From: Salinimicrobium xinjiangense DSM 19287
GTDB lineage: Bacteria; Bacteroidota; Bacteroidia; Flavobacteriales; Flavobacteriaceae
Length of the DNA: 24,000 nucleotides
Reading direction: 5' to 3'
NCBI RefSeq assembly: GCF_000423585.1
Contig: NZ_AUIG01000025.1
Coordinates: 36,196-60,195 of the forward strand
Shown in pieces: positions 1 through 9,044 of this stretch. Every line of letters begins with the position of its first letter. The stretch's first letter is position 1. The notes beneath the pieces were generated by a model. That model was not told the origin of the DNA and did no database searches. It was given only the letters and a program-made list of their open reading frames with translations. Both the position numbers and the translations under genes were made by a program.

Positions 1-2858
1 AATGTATACAGCACCTGTGACTGCCCCTGTACAACATCTACATTAGGAAAGATCTCATCCAGAAAAACCCTTCGGGTAGCATAACTGGAAAGATCGGAAT
101 CTGTTACGCCAGAAGGTCTGCTGCTTCCGTAGAAAATTGGATCAATGCTATACCAGGCCAGTTTAGCTCTTTTGTATCCTGTGGCAAGATCCCCATTAGC
201 CAGTTCTCCCCCAAAGTCCAAAGGCACACTGGACAGTTCCCATCCCAGCGGATTATCTATGGCAATAGAGGTTTGTGCAGCCTCAAAATCATCTACATAA
301 GTAGTGGCCCTGCCTTCAAATTCGCTGCCTTTCGGGGCCCCTGGTAATAGATAAGCCACCTCCCCGCGAAGAGACAGATTTGAAACAACATCTGTATCTA
401 TGTTGGGAAGCCTGTTTACCCAGCGGGTCAAAAATGGCAATTCTGTAGAATAATTCAGATTTAGACCAAGAATGGTATTGTTTATAGGTTCGTAGCTGTA
501 ATTGGATTTTTGGGTAAGAGGCCTTTCATTCAGATTAAGATAAGTGGCCCCTACTAAAAAGTTCTCGTTGAACATATGCTCCACGTGTAAACCGGTAAAG
601 CGTTTTGTTTGCTGTCCAAAAAGGGCATTATTCTCGGTTGATATCTGGATTGGAATATTGGAAGCCAGCAAGGCCTCATCCAGGATCTGCACCCTCCCAA
701 ACTGGTAGTTCACAACATAATCAACTCCTTCCTGCAGCACCCTGCCCCCCGCGGTAACGGTTACAGAACCCTGGGGCACATTAAAGGCGCCAATGGGAAT
801 ACCTTCAACATTTGAAGATTTATACCTTCCACGCAGCTGAAATTTATTCTTTTCGGCCTGCTGTTGTTCTGCCTGGGTCTTGGTAGTGTTATAAAGTGCC
901 CTGAAAACATATTTCTGTTGATTGGCATTCCAGGTTTCGGGGATCCGGTAATCTTCGGGTCCGGCATTCGGGTTGGGATCAAGCTTCCTGAACAGGTATT
1001 CCCCAAAAGGCTCAACAGAGGTGAAGATGATATTTCCTGTTTCGGGGTTAATGGTGATTCCCGGAACAAAATCAAAGAATCCGTCCCCACTGGCGATTGG
1101 ATCTCCATTGATGTTAAGATTGTCGAGGTTAAAAACCCGCAGTAATGTTGTTTGCTCCACATCCTCGGGAAGGGGCTCTCCCCCGGCTCCTGTAATGTAA
1201 TTGAGTGGCTGCGGATCTGTATATACAATATTCATCCTGAAGTCATCCCTCTCGAGATTAAAGGCTCCAAGATTATAAATGTTTTTCATCATAAGATCCC
1301 AAACCGGTTCGTCCACATTTGTGACTGAACTTTTGAGCATCTTCACCACAAGGTTCTGGGAAACAGTGGATTCAATTCCCGTTCCTCCTGAAGCCTCAAT
1401 CCCGTCATTGGCAAACTCTCCTACCTGGTAAACCTCTCCTCCCACGGTGTACTGAAAAGCAACTCCAAGAATTTCATCACTTGCCAGTCGCTGATTAAGG
1501 GAAATGTAACCTAATTGCGGATTCAACCTGTATTCAGTAGGTTTTAGCTGCCGGGCGTTTTCCAGCTTAACGTAATCCCGGCCTTCAGAAACCTGCAGGC
1601 CTCCAAAACCTGACTCCACTCTCGCCACATCCCTGATTGCAGGAGTTAGCACCGATTCCTGTGGTCCATTGATCCCAAAGGGATTAAGGTCGTTATTGCG
1701 GTTATCTGCAAATGAACCGGCCGGTTGATTAAAAAATCCCGCCGGCGGATTATCCAGTCCTATATTTCCCGGCACCGGAGATTCCCCAAGATCCTGAATG
1801 GCAACAATATTCCGGGTATCGGTAAGGTTCTGGACATTATTGGTCCTGTTAGTCACCCAGATCTGTACCCGGGTGATCTGGATATTGGAATTTATAAAAG
1901 GATAATTTTCGAGAGCTTCGTCATAGTTGTCCCGAAAGTAATGCGCGAGAAAGAAGTGCCTGTTTTCATCGTACTCTATGGCAAACCTGTCAAATTCCTG
2001 GACCGTGGCCCCACCTTCAACATTTACCGTGCGGCGTTCAGATTTCTGTTCAGAAAAAACTCCCGTAATACGTGTTTTACCAAACTGCAACTGGGTTTTT
2101 ATCCCGAAAAGACTTTGTGCGCCCTGTATTAAAGCAGAATTCAGCGGCATATTGATATTCCCCACTTCGATCTTTTGGATGATGTCATCTTCGGTGGGAG
2201 TATATTCAAGCTTTAACTGGTTTTGAAAATCAAAGGTAGATTCGGTGTCGTAATTGGCAGTTACTTTGAGCCGCTCGCCAATATTTCCCAGAAGGCTTAA
2301 CTGAATGCGCTGATCAAAATCGAAGGTGAAGGTACTTCTGTTTCGGGGAGAAAAGGCAGGATTGTCTCTTTTTGAGTAAAGCACTCCAAGATCAAGTGCA
2401 ACAGATCCCTGCGGGATCAATTCAATGTCACCCCCTCCAAAAATATTCTGAAAAAAATCGGAATTCACATAAAACCCGGGTAACAGGTCCCGCTGGTCCT
2501 CCTCGGTCCCGAACTTACGGCCGGAAAGAGCATCGGACTTTTCCTGAAAATAGCGTTGCATTTCTTCCCTTATCACCAGCTCCTGATATTCTTCGGGAGT
2601 AAGTATAAGCGGGGCAGTAATATTAATATTCCCGAGGGTCTGGGTATAAATGTACCGGTCCAGGATTGGATCATAGGTATAGGAAGCGACAATGCTGGTG
2701 GGATCGGGCAGACGTAGTTTTCCCAGGGAGTAGCCTGTTTTAGTAGTATCCTGTTGAACTATGGTATCCTGAGCAAGGGCAGGCAAAGAGAATGCCAGTA
2801 CACAAACGAGTGCAATGGTATTTGCAAGCCAAAACCGATGGTTGTAGTTCTGCCCCAA
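1..2858 (-). CDS. sprA: T9SS/gliding-motility outer-membrane protein SprA, N-terminal ~952 codons (3' end runs off the left edge)
   Basis: Absent from the ORF track because no stop lies in the window. My translation of the minus strand from 2858 stays open to position 1. It starts (TTG)GQNYNHRFWLANTIALVCVLAFSLPALA|QD, a signal peptide. Later blocks include YSLGKLRLPDPTSIVASYTYDPILDRYIY, FSPRNRSTFTFDFDQRIQLSL, ANYDTESTFDFQNQLKLEYTPTEDDIIQKIEVGNINMPLNSALIQGAQSLFGIKTQLQFGKTRITGVFSEQKSE. I recognise these as the conserved SprA N-terminus. ORFs listed in 761-2602 are out-of-frame shadows. Confidence 0.85.
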   Translation of the reverse strand, partial: MGQNYNHRFWLANTIALVCVLAFSLPALAQDTIVQQDTTKTGYSLGKLRLPDPTSIVASYTYDPILDRYIYTQTLGNINITAPLILTPEEYQELVIREEMQRYFQEKSDALSGRKFGTEEDQRDLLPGFYVNSDFFQNIFGGGDIELIPQGSVALDLGVLYSKRDNPAFSPRNRSTFTFDFDQRIQLSLLGNIGERLKVTANYDTESTFDFQNQLKLEYTPTEDDIIQKIEVGNINMPLNSALIQGAQSLFGIKTQLQFGKTRITGVFSEQKSERRTVNVEGGATVQEFDRFAIEYDENRHFFLAHYFRDNYDEALENYPFINSNIQITRVQIWVTNRTNNVQNLTDTRNIVAIQDLGESPVPGNIGLDNPPAGFFNQPAGSFADNRNNDLNPFGINGPQESVLTPAIRDVARVESGFGGLQVSEGRDYVKLENARQLKPTEYRLNPQLGYISLNQRLASDEILGVAFQYTVGGEVYQVGEFANDGIEASGGTGIESTVSQNLVVKMLKSSVTNVDEPVWDLMMKNIYNLGAFNLERDDFRMNIVYTDPQPLNYITGAGGEPLPEDVEQTTLLRVFNLDNLNINGDPIASGDGFFDFVPGITINPETGNIIFTSVEPFGEYLFRKLDPNPNAGPEDYRIPETWNANQQKYVFRALYNTTKTQAEQQQAEKNKFQLRGRYKSSNVEGIPIGAFNVPQGSVTVTAGGRVLQEGVDYVVNYQFGRVQILDEALLASNIPIQISTENNALFGQQTKRFTGLHVEHMFNENFLVGATYLNLNERPLTQKSNYSYEPINNTILGLNLNYSTELPFLTRWVNRLPNIDTDVVSNLSLRGEVAYLLPGAPKGSEFEGRATTYVDDFEAAQTSIAIDNPLGWELSSVPLDFGGELANGDLATGYKRAKLAWYSIDPIFYGSSRPSGVTDSDLSSYATRRVFLDEIFPNVDVVQGQSQVLYT

Positions 2859-2864
2859 TGGAAT

Positions 2865-3446
2865 TTATAGTTTTTTAAGTGCCTGCTTTATAAGAGACTC
2901 TACCGTAGCATCGGGTTCTTCCTTCACAATTCTCTCGACCACCTTTTCAGATTGCTTACGGGTGTAGCCTAAAGTCTCTAAAGCAGATAACGCTTCTTCC
3001 CGGTTTGTATTGCTTTTTGGAGCAGAAACTTCATCAATTCCAAAGACTTTTAAAATTTTATCCTTAAGATCTATTATCACCCGCTGTGCGGTTTTCGCTC
3101 CAATTCCCTTTATTCCCTGAACCGTTGCCACGTCTCCTGCGGCAATAGCCTCCATTATCTGCCGCGGTTCCAGGGAAGACAGCATACTACGGGCGGTGCT
3201 TGCACCCACTCCGGAAACAGAGATCAATAACCTGAAGATCTCCCGTTCGCTTTTTTCCCAAAACCCATAAAGGGTATGAGAATCTTCCTTTACCTGTAAA
3301 TGTGTGTAAAGTTGTAAAGATTCTTCCGAAGAAATCTGGGAATAGGTATGCAGGGAAATGTGAATGAAATATCCGACTCCGTTGCAATCGATCACTACAT
3401 TGGTAGGATTTTTTTCAACCAGCCGGCCTTTTATGCTATAGATCAT
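2865..3446 (-). CDS. ruvA: Holliday junction branch-migration complex subunit RuvA
   Basis: 193 aa with an ATG start. MIYSIKGRLVEKNPTNVVIDCNGVGYFIHISLHTY is a typical RuvA OB-fold N-terminus. HhH motifs are SVSGVGASTARSMLS and IKGIGAKTAQRVI. Confidence 0.95.
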   Translation of the reverse strand: MIYSIKGRLVEKNPTNVVIDCNGVGYFIHISLHTYSQISSEESLQLYTHLQVKEDSHTLYGFWEKSEREIFRLLISVSGVGASTARSMLSSLEPRQIMEAIAAGDVATVQGIKGIGAKTAQRVIIDLKDKILKVFGIDEVSAPKSNTNREEALSALETLGYTRKQSEKVVERIVKEEPDATVESLIKQALKKL

Positions 3447-3467
3447 GAAATAAGGATATTCTTAGGC

Positions 3468-3475
3468 CAAATGTA
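3468..3475 (-). promoter_or_regulatory. Bacteroidetes-type -7 box TACATTTG (TAnnTTTG) upstream of ruvA
   Basis: Exact match to TAnnTTTG on the minus strand, 22 nt upstream of the ruvA ATG. The spacing resembles the other boxes in this window. Confidence 0.35.
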
Positions 3476-3561
3476 AGAAAATAAACAGGATAGGAAAATA
3501 AGAATTACAGCATTACTTACCTCCCGAAAAGGGCAATTCTTCAGGTGTTTTAGAAAAATCA

Positions 3562-3592
3562 AAGTGGGAAAGAAAATCATCCTTTCCCACTT
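3562..3592 (-). terminator. Rho-independent terminator after maeB
   Basis: Perfect 11-bp stem aagtgggaaag/ctttcccactt with a 9-nt loop, starting 16 nt past the maeB stop. On the minus strand it is followed by tgatttttct. Confidence 0.6.
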
Positions 3593-3607
3593 CATTCTTT
3601 CTAAAAT

Positions 3608-5902
3608 TTACTGCTGCTCCCGTTTGGCCTTCCGCTCCTTTTCCTGTGCGTCAACCACTGCAACAGCGGTCATATTAACGATCTCCTCTACACTGGCACC
3701 TAGCTGGAGAACGTGTACAGGTTTGTTCATTCCCATAAGGATTGGCCCTACAGATTCAGATTTATTCAGCTCCTTAAGCAACTTGTAATTACTGTTTCCT
3801 GCATCCAGGTTAGGAAACACTAATGTATTAACCTTACGGCCGGCAAGTTTTGAAAACGGAAATTTCTTTTGCAGCATTTCGCTGTTGAGGGCAAAATCTG
3901 TTTGCATTTCACCGTCAACTATAAGGTCGGGATAGAAGCGATGAAGATAATCTACTGCCTCTTTTACTTTTGCAGCTTTTTCATTCTGGGAAGAACCAAA
4001 GTTTGCATAGGAGATCATGGCAATTACCGGCTCCATTCCAAAAAGCCTTACTGTTCGCGCCGTCATCTGGGCTATCTTTCCGAGTTCCTTTGCAGTAGGA
4101 TCAATATTTACCGAAGTATCACTAATAAACAATGGTCCACGTGAAGTATTCATAAGGTTTGTGGCCGCAACCTTAGAAACTCCTTTAGCCTTTCCTATCA
4201 GCTCCAGCATAGGCCGCAGCACTGTAGGATAAGCCCTTGAATATCCTGAAAGCAGCGCATCTGCATCTCCCTCATTCACCATCATGGCGGCGAAATAGTT
4301 TCTCTGACGCATGAGCAGCTGGGCATCATAACGCGTAACACCCTTTCGTTTCCTGGTTTGCCAGTACACATCTGCATAGCGGTTACGACGGTCGTTTTCA
4401 GCGTCAGATTTTGAATCAATGATCGGGACATCATCTGCATGAAAATCGATTTCCCGCATCAGTTCCTCAATGACATCCTTTCTTCCCATCAGAATAGGTT
4501 TCGCTATTCCTTCGTCATACACGATCTGTGCAGCCTTTAAAACATCAAGGTGATCTGCCTCGGCAAAAATAACCTTCTTAGGATCCATTTTTGCACGGTT
4601 CATAAGAAGGCGGGTGATCTTATTGTCATTACCCATTCTCTCCAGCAGCTCATCTTCATAACGGGCCCAATCAAGAATTGGGTGTTTGGCAACTCCTGTC
4701 TCCATGGCAGCTTTTGCCACAGCAGGAGGAATCTGAGTGATTAAACGTGGATCAAATGGTTTGGGAATTATATAATCTTTACCAAAGTTGAGTTTGGTCT
4801 CTCCATAGGCGATATTCACCTGTTCGGGAACCGGATCTTTGGCCAGCCTGGCAAGAGCTTTCACCGCTGCCATCTTCATTTCTTCGTTGATCTTGGTTGC
4901 TCTCACATCCAAAGCTCCCCTGAAAATAAATGGGAATCCCAGCACGTTATTGACCTGGTTGGGATGATCGCTACGGCCGGTTGCCATAATAATATCCTTT
5001 CTGGTAGCAATAGCCAGGTCGTAATCAATTTCAGGCTCCGGATTGGCCATTGCAAAAACAATAGGCCGTTTGGCCATTTTCTTCAGCATTTCGGGAGTGA
5101 CAATATTCCCCACCGAAAGCCCCAGGAATACATCGGCTCCATCCATTGCAGCCGACAGATTTTCATATTTTTTCTTTCCCGCAAACCGCTTCTGAAGTTC
5201 GGAAAGATCCTCCCGGCCCTGATGCAAAGCTCCTTTAACATCGAACATAATGATGTTTTCCACTTTTACACCCAGAGAGACGTAGAGATTGGCACAAGCG
5301 ATCGCTGCAGAACCTGCACCCGAGATCACCACCTTGACCTTTCCAATTTTTTTATTAGCCAGATCAAGAGCATTTAGCAAGGCGGCCGACGAAATGATCG
5401 CAGTACCATGCTGATCATCGTGCATCACCGGAATGTCCAGTTCCTCTTTAAGTCTTCGCTCGATCTCAAAAGCTTCGGGCGCTGCAATGTCTTCCAGATT
5501 GATACCGCCGAAAGTAGGCGCAATATTTTTCACTGTCTCCACAAAAGCATCAACATCTTTAGTATCCACTTCAATGTCAAACACATCGATATCGGCAAAG
5601 ATCTTGAAAAGCAATCCTTTCCCTTCCATTACAGGTTTGGAAGCTTCGGGACCTATGTCCCCGAGACCAAGAACGGCCGTCCCGTTAGAGATCACCGCCA
5701 CCAGGTTACCCTTGGTAGTATACTTGTAAACATTCTCCACATTTTTATGGATCTCCAGGCAGGGCTCGGCCACTCCCGGAGAATACGCGAGCGAAAGGTC
5801 CCGCTGAGTAGAATATTTTTTGGTAGGCACCACCTGAATTTTCCCCGGATGGGGCTTTGCGTGGTATACTAAAGCTTCACGTCTTTTGCGTTCGTTCTTC
5901 AT
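3608..5902 (-). CDS. maeB: NADP-dependent malic enzyme, MaeB type (malic enzyme plus C-terminal phosphotransacetylase-like domain)
   Basis: [21 protein letters not shown] and YSPGVAEPC are malic-enzyme N-terminal motifs. [10 protein letters not shown] is the dinucleotide fold. A ~330-aa PTA-like C-terminal half follows. The track start at 5929 is TTG. I prefer the ATG at 5902 ([11 protein letters not shown]...) because a TAnnTTTG box overlaps the TTG. Confidence 0.93.
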   Translation of the reverse strand: MKNERKRREALVYHAKPHPGKIQVVPTKKYSTQRDLSLAYSPGVAEPCLEIHKNVENVYKYTTKGNLVAVISNGTAVLGLGDIGPEASKPVMEGKGLLFKIFADIDVFDIEVDTKDVDAFVETVKNIAPTFGGINLEDIAAPEAFEIERRLKEELDIPVMHDDQHGTAIISSAALLNALDLANKKIGKVKVVISGAGSAAIACANLYVSLGVKVENIIMFDVKGALHQGREDLSELQKRFAGKKKYENLSAAMDGADVFLGLSVGNIVTPEMLKKMAKRPIVFAMANPEPEIDYDLAIATRKDIIMATGRSDHPNQVNNVLGFPFIFRGALDVRATKINEEMKMAAVKALARLAKDPVPEQVNIAYGETKLNFGKDYIIPKPFDPRLITQIPPAVAKAAMETGVAKHPILDWARYEDELLERMGNDNKITRLLMNRAKMDPKKVIFAEADHLDVLKAAQIVYDEGIAKPILMGRKDVIEELMREIDFHADDVPIIDSKSDAENDRRNRYADVYWQTRKRKGVTRYDAQLLMRQRNYFAAMMVNEGDADALLSGYSRAYPTVLRPMLELIGKAKGVSKVAATNLMNTSRGPLFISDTSVNIDPTAKELGKIAQMTARTVRLFGMEPVIAMISYANFGSSQNEKAAKVKEAVDYLHRFYPDLIVDGEMQTDFALNSEMLQKKFPFSKLAGRKVNTLVFPNLDAGNSNYKLLKELNKSESVGPILMGMNKPVHVLQLGASVEEIVNMTAVAVVDAQEKERKAKREQQ

Positions 5903-5926
5903 AATTTCCTGTTTGGTCAGGTCAGG

Positions 5927-5934
5927 CAAAGGTA
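5927..5934 (-). promoter_or_regulatory. -7 box TACCTTTG upstream of maeB
   Basis: Exact TAnnTTTG match 25 nt upstream of the ATG at 5902. It overlaps the TTG at 5929 that the longest ORF uses. Confidence 0.4.
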
Positions 5935-5990
5935 AAGAGTTTCGGTTTTATGGCTACTGATAGAGATCAAGTTTTTACTGCTGACTGCGG

Positions 5991-6078
5991 AGCTGCGATA
6001 AATCGCAGCTTTACTATAAGAGGTCGGACTGCGATATATCGCAGCTTTACCTCAAGTGGAGGCGTGATTAATCGCGCC
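5991..6078. repeat. Array of three related palindromes with core GAT-NN-ATCGC, the first two inside a 36-bp tandem duplication
   Basis: 5991-6010 is agctgcgat-aa-atcgcagct (9-bp arms). 6029-6044 is ctgcgatatatcgcag (perfect 16-mer). 6061-6078 is ggcgtgattaatcgcgcc (one mismatch, overlaps the trehalase stop). Units 5993-6023 and 6029-6059 are identical at 26 of 31 positions, and both carry agctttac after the palindrome. Confidence 0.7.
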
Positions 6079-8008
6079 TCAGTAGATCCAACCTCTCCGG
6101 TGGCACCAGATCATCCAGTTTTTTCCTGTATTCCTGCGGAAGAAGATCCAATCCCAATTGGTATGAAGCATTCATCCAGCCAAATCCCGAGGTGGTGATA
6201 TAATCGAATTCTGTTCCTACATTTCCATATTCTGCATAGACTTTATGGGTAGCATTCACCACATCATATTTTTCGGGAATGGTCCCATTGTAATCGACAG
6301 CATTTCTGGTGATCATATATAACCAGCGATAAATAAGTTCGTGAGCCTCCTTTTCAAAGCCATAGTCAATCAATCCCTGCCATAGCAGCATTTGATGCGG
6401 TGCCCAGCCGTTTGGATAATCCCACTGCCGCTGCACTTCACTAGTCGCAGTTTCTTCTACGGAAGATCTTGCGGTAGAAAGAATTCCTCCTGTCGCCTTT
6501 AGATCTTTAATAAGATTTGGAAGCATCATTTTCGCCTGTTCTTCGGAAGCCATGCCGCTCCACAAGGGATAAAAATTGGTAGCCGAAATATACCCGGTTT
6601 GCTCCCCTTTTTTAAAGTTGTAATCAAAGAAACTCCCTTTCTCCTCATTCCACAGATACTGATTCATCAACTCTTTTCGCTCTTCAGCTTTATCCTCCCA
6701 ATAGTCCCCGGTGTAGGTTTTCCCTTCGGAAGTTGTAAACCTGTCATCAAAGTATTTGTCTATCAGGTATTCGAAATCTTTCTCGTATTTATACAAAAGG
6801 GAATTGAGGTCCACCGTATTCAAGTGTGCTGCCCGATCTTCCAGCCTCCAGGAAGTATCGTGGCCGCTTTCCCGCAGGCTCCGGTCATGTCTGAAATATT
6901 CATCCAGCTCCCTGTCCCCGATTTCTCCCGACTGGTATTTTTCAACAAATTCTGAAACCTTCAACTTATGTTTTGCGGCAAATTTCTTCAGCACTTCCTC
7001 AAAATGTCCTTCCTCAGTTTCAGGCGGAATACCTATTCCCTGTGCAAAATACCGGTTAAGCCCGTTCTCTGTAAGTCTCTCGCCTTCCACCATCCACACC
7101 TGTTCATATTCTTTTATAGCGGCCCCCAAAGATTTCCGAAGCCATGCTTCATTCTTTTCGGGCATGGCTTCATAGACTTCCCGAACGAAAGAAGACATGA
7201 AGGGTGGCTGTGTTCGGGTGAGGTAATAAGATCTGTTGGCGTTGAGGATCTTTCCGTAGTGATCGATCTGGTACACAAAGTTGTCGACCATGGCTTTTGC
7301 CAGGTCCAGGCGGTCATCAAGTAAAAGCCCCACTCCTTCAAAATAGCTGTCCCAGCCATACATTTCATTGAACCTGCCGCCGGGTACCACAAAAGGAACT
7401 CCTTTCCCATTTTCGAGCTCCAGCGCCAGGAGACCCGGTTTGTCATTGATGGACTTTACGTATTGCGGACTGATTTCCTTCGGAAGTACCACCACCTCAA
7501 AACCTTCGAATTCCTTCTGAAGATCCTTGTAGTACCTGATCCCTACAGAATCTGTCGCCGGTACATAAAGCCGTTGTACACTGTCTTCGGCTTTTGAATC
7601 CTGAAGAATTCTTTCTATGCCTTCCCTGTCAATAGTGCGGGTAAGATCATCCCAGAACTGCTCTCTTATCCGCCGGGAAATGCGCTGGGTGGGAGCTTCT
7701 TTAATTTTTTCGACGGAAATTTTCAGGGTCTCCCTTTCTTCGGACCGGGCTATGGCCAGCTCCTGAAGTAAATTAGAGAGATAATAGATCTCACTGATCG
7801 CCAGGGAATCTCCTCCTGAAAGAGGTGCCAAAAATGGCTTTTTTGGCTCATCTTCAATGGTGATCTTTTTATCTCCATCTGTATCGGCCTGCTGCAGAAG
7901 CCGCTGCATGGTATGTTCTGTCTTTAGCTGAAGCTCCTGTGCCGTGACAGAAAATCCTGTAAGGAGACAAAAATAAATAATGACTGAAAATAGCTTTTTT
8001 GAGACCAT
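6068..8008 (-). CDS. treA: Secreted alpha,alpha-trehalase (GH37) with an N-terminal Ca-binding-like motif
   Basis: GH37 signature 1 is PGGRFNEMYGWDSYF and signature 2 is QWDYPNGWAP. The track start at 8044 is TTG. The ATG at 8008 gives MVSKKLFSVIIYFCLLTGFSVTA|QE, a clean signal peptide. Confidence 0.92.
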   Translation of the reverse strand: MVSKKLFSVIIYFCLLTGFSVTAQELQLKTEHTMQRLLQQADTDGDKKITIEDEPKKPFLAPLSGGDSLAISEIYYLSNLLQELAIARSEERETLKISVEKIKEAPTQRISRRIREQFWDDLTRTIDREGIERILQDSKAEDSVQRLYVPATDSVGIRYYKDLQKEFEGFEVVVLPKEISPQYVKSINDKPGLLALELENGKGVPFVVPGGRFNEMYGWDSYFEGVGLLLDDRLDLAKAMVDNFVYQIDHYGKILNANRSYYLTRTQPPFMSSFVREVYEAMPEKNEAWLRKSLGAAIKEYEQVWMVEGERLTENGLNRYFAQGIGIPPETEEGHFEEVLKKFAAKHKLKVSEFVEKYQSGEIGDRELDEYFRHDRSLRESGHDTSWRLEDRAAHLNTVDLNSLLYKYEKDFEYLIDKYFDDRFTTSEGKTYTGDYWEDKAEERKELMNQYLWNEEKGSFFDYNFKKGEQTGYISATNFYPLWSGMASEEQAKMMLPNLIKDLKATGGILSTARSSVEETATSEVQRQWDYPNGWAPHQMLLWQGLIDYGFEKEAHELIYRWLYMITRNAVDYNGTIPEKYDVVNATHKVYAEYGNVGTEFDYITTSGFGWMNASYQLGLDLLPQEYRKKLDDLVPPERLDLLRRD

Positions 8009-8052
8009 AACTTTTGCTTGAAACAGAAAGTTACAAATTCTCAAAAAGAAGA

Positions 8053-8982
8053 TCAGGAATCTTTTTTGAGGAATTTTATGTTGCGGGTGAGTCCGCTGTA
8101 CTTGGTTCTTTTGACCGCCGACTTCTTAAACACCTTTCTAAAAGTATCTTCGGTGATCTCTTCCCAGTCTTTTTTGCTCATGCTCAGCAATTCGGGATGC
8201 GGATTGAAAAGTGGCTCATTATGCGATTGTGAAAAACGGTTCCAGGGACATACGTCCTGGCAAATGTCGCAGCCAAAAGCCCAATCTTCAAACTTGCCTT
8301 TCATCTCCTGTGGCAGCTCTTCTTTAAGCTCAATCGTGAAATAGGAAATACATTTACTCCCGTCCACCTTATAAGGTTCTACTATGGCATCTGTAGGGCA
8401 GGCATCAATACAGGCAGTACAGCTGCCGCAATGATCTGTCACCGGCGTGTCGTATTCCAGCTCGAGATCGATAATTAACTCGGCTACAAAGAAGAAAGAG
8501 CCTTTTTGCTTTGACAGCAACAGCGTGTGTTTTCCAACCCAGCCAAGACCCGCTTTGGCAGCCCAGGCCTTGTCCATAACCGGCGCCGAATCCACAAATG
8601 CTCTGCCTTCCACCTCTCCAATTTCCTGCTGTATGAACTGCAGTAAACTTTTCAGCTTATCCTTGATCACGAAGTGATAATCTGTACCGTAGGCGTATTT
8701 ACTGATCTTATAGGAATCCTCCCGCTGTTGTTCTTCAGGGTAATAGTTGAGCAGCAGGGAAATTACACTTTTAGAACCCTCCACGAGCCTGGTGGGATCC
8801 AGGCGCTTGTCGAAATAGTTCTCTAAAAATGACATTTTTCCATGTCTTTGTTTTTGAAGGTATTCTTCCAGGCGTGGCGCTTCCTCCTCGAGAAATTCGG
8901 CTTTGGAGATACCGCATGACAAAAAACCGAGGCGTTTAGCTTCGGTTTTGATAAGATTGGAATATTTTGATCTTGTATTCAC
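8053..8982 (-). CDS. queG: tRNA epoxyqueuosine(34) reductase QueG
   Basis: Two 4Fe-4S motifs, [12 protein letters not shown] and [32 protein letters not shown] is a QueG-like N-terminus. The start is uncertain. GTG at 8982 gives ~9 residues before [11 protein letters not shown], as I expect for the family. The maximal ORF starts at TTG 9048, overlapping the upstream stop as TTGA. Confidence 0.88.
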   Translation of the reverse strand: MNTRSKYSNLIKTEAKRLGFLSCGISKAEFLEEEAPRLEEYLQKQRHGKMSFLENYFDKRLDPTRLVEGSKSVISLLLNYYPEEQQREDSYKISKYAYGTDYHFVIKDKLKSLLQFIQQEIGEVEGRAFVDSAPVMDKAWAAKAGLGWVGKHTLLLSKQKGSFFFVAELIIDLELEYDTPVTDHCGSCTACIDACPTDAIVEPYKVDGSKCISYFTIELKEELPQEMKGKFEDWAFGCDICQDVCPWNRFSQSHNEPLFNPHPELLSMSKKDWEEITEDTFRKVFKKSAVKRTKYSGLTRNIKFLKKDS

Positions 8983-9044
8983 TGTACCCTGCAAAACTAT
9001 TGCATTTATTGTACAAATGTTATTCCAGAACAGGAAATTATAAC

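Noticed and set aside
761-2602. Six listed ORFs of 75-155 aa on both strands (761-1228 minus; 864-1145, 973-1200, 1725-2132, 1978-2226, 2372-2602 plus)
   Set aside because: All lie inside the long open sprA frame, out of frame or antisense. Their translations are low-complexity with no recognisable motifs, so they are shadow ORFs.
2856-3446. Possibility that ruvA and sprA form one read-through or fusion protein, since they share a frame
   Set aside because: A clean TAA separates them, and the downstream product begins with its own signal peptide. There is no recoding signal that I can see.
3869-5872. Plus-strand ORFs of 64-154 aa antisense to maeB
   Set aside because: They are antisense shadows of a strongly supported 764-aa enzyme, with no motifs or start context.
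5950-6198. 82-aa plus-strand ORF spanning the palindrome array
   Set aside because: It reads through repeat DNA and then runs antisense into the trehalase 3' end. Its repetitive peptide (AAINRSFT/TAIYRSFT) merely mirrors the DNA duplication.
6599-7446. ORFs of 110-139 aa within the trehalase gene on both strands
   Set aside because: They are alternative-frame or antisense shadows of the GH37 CDS.
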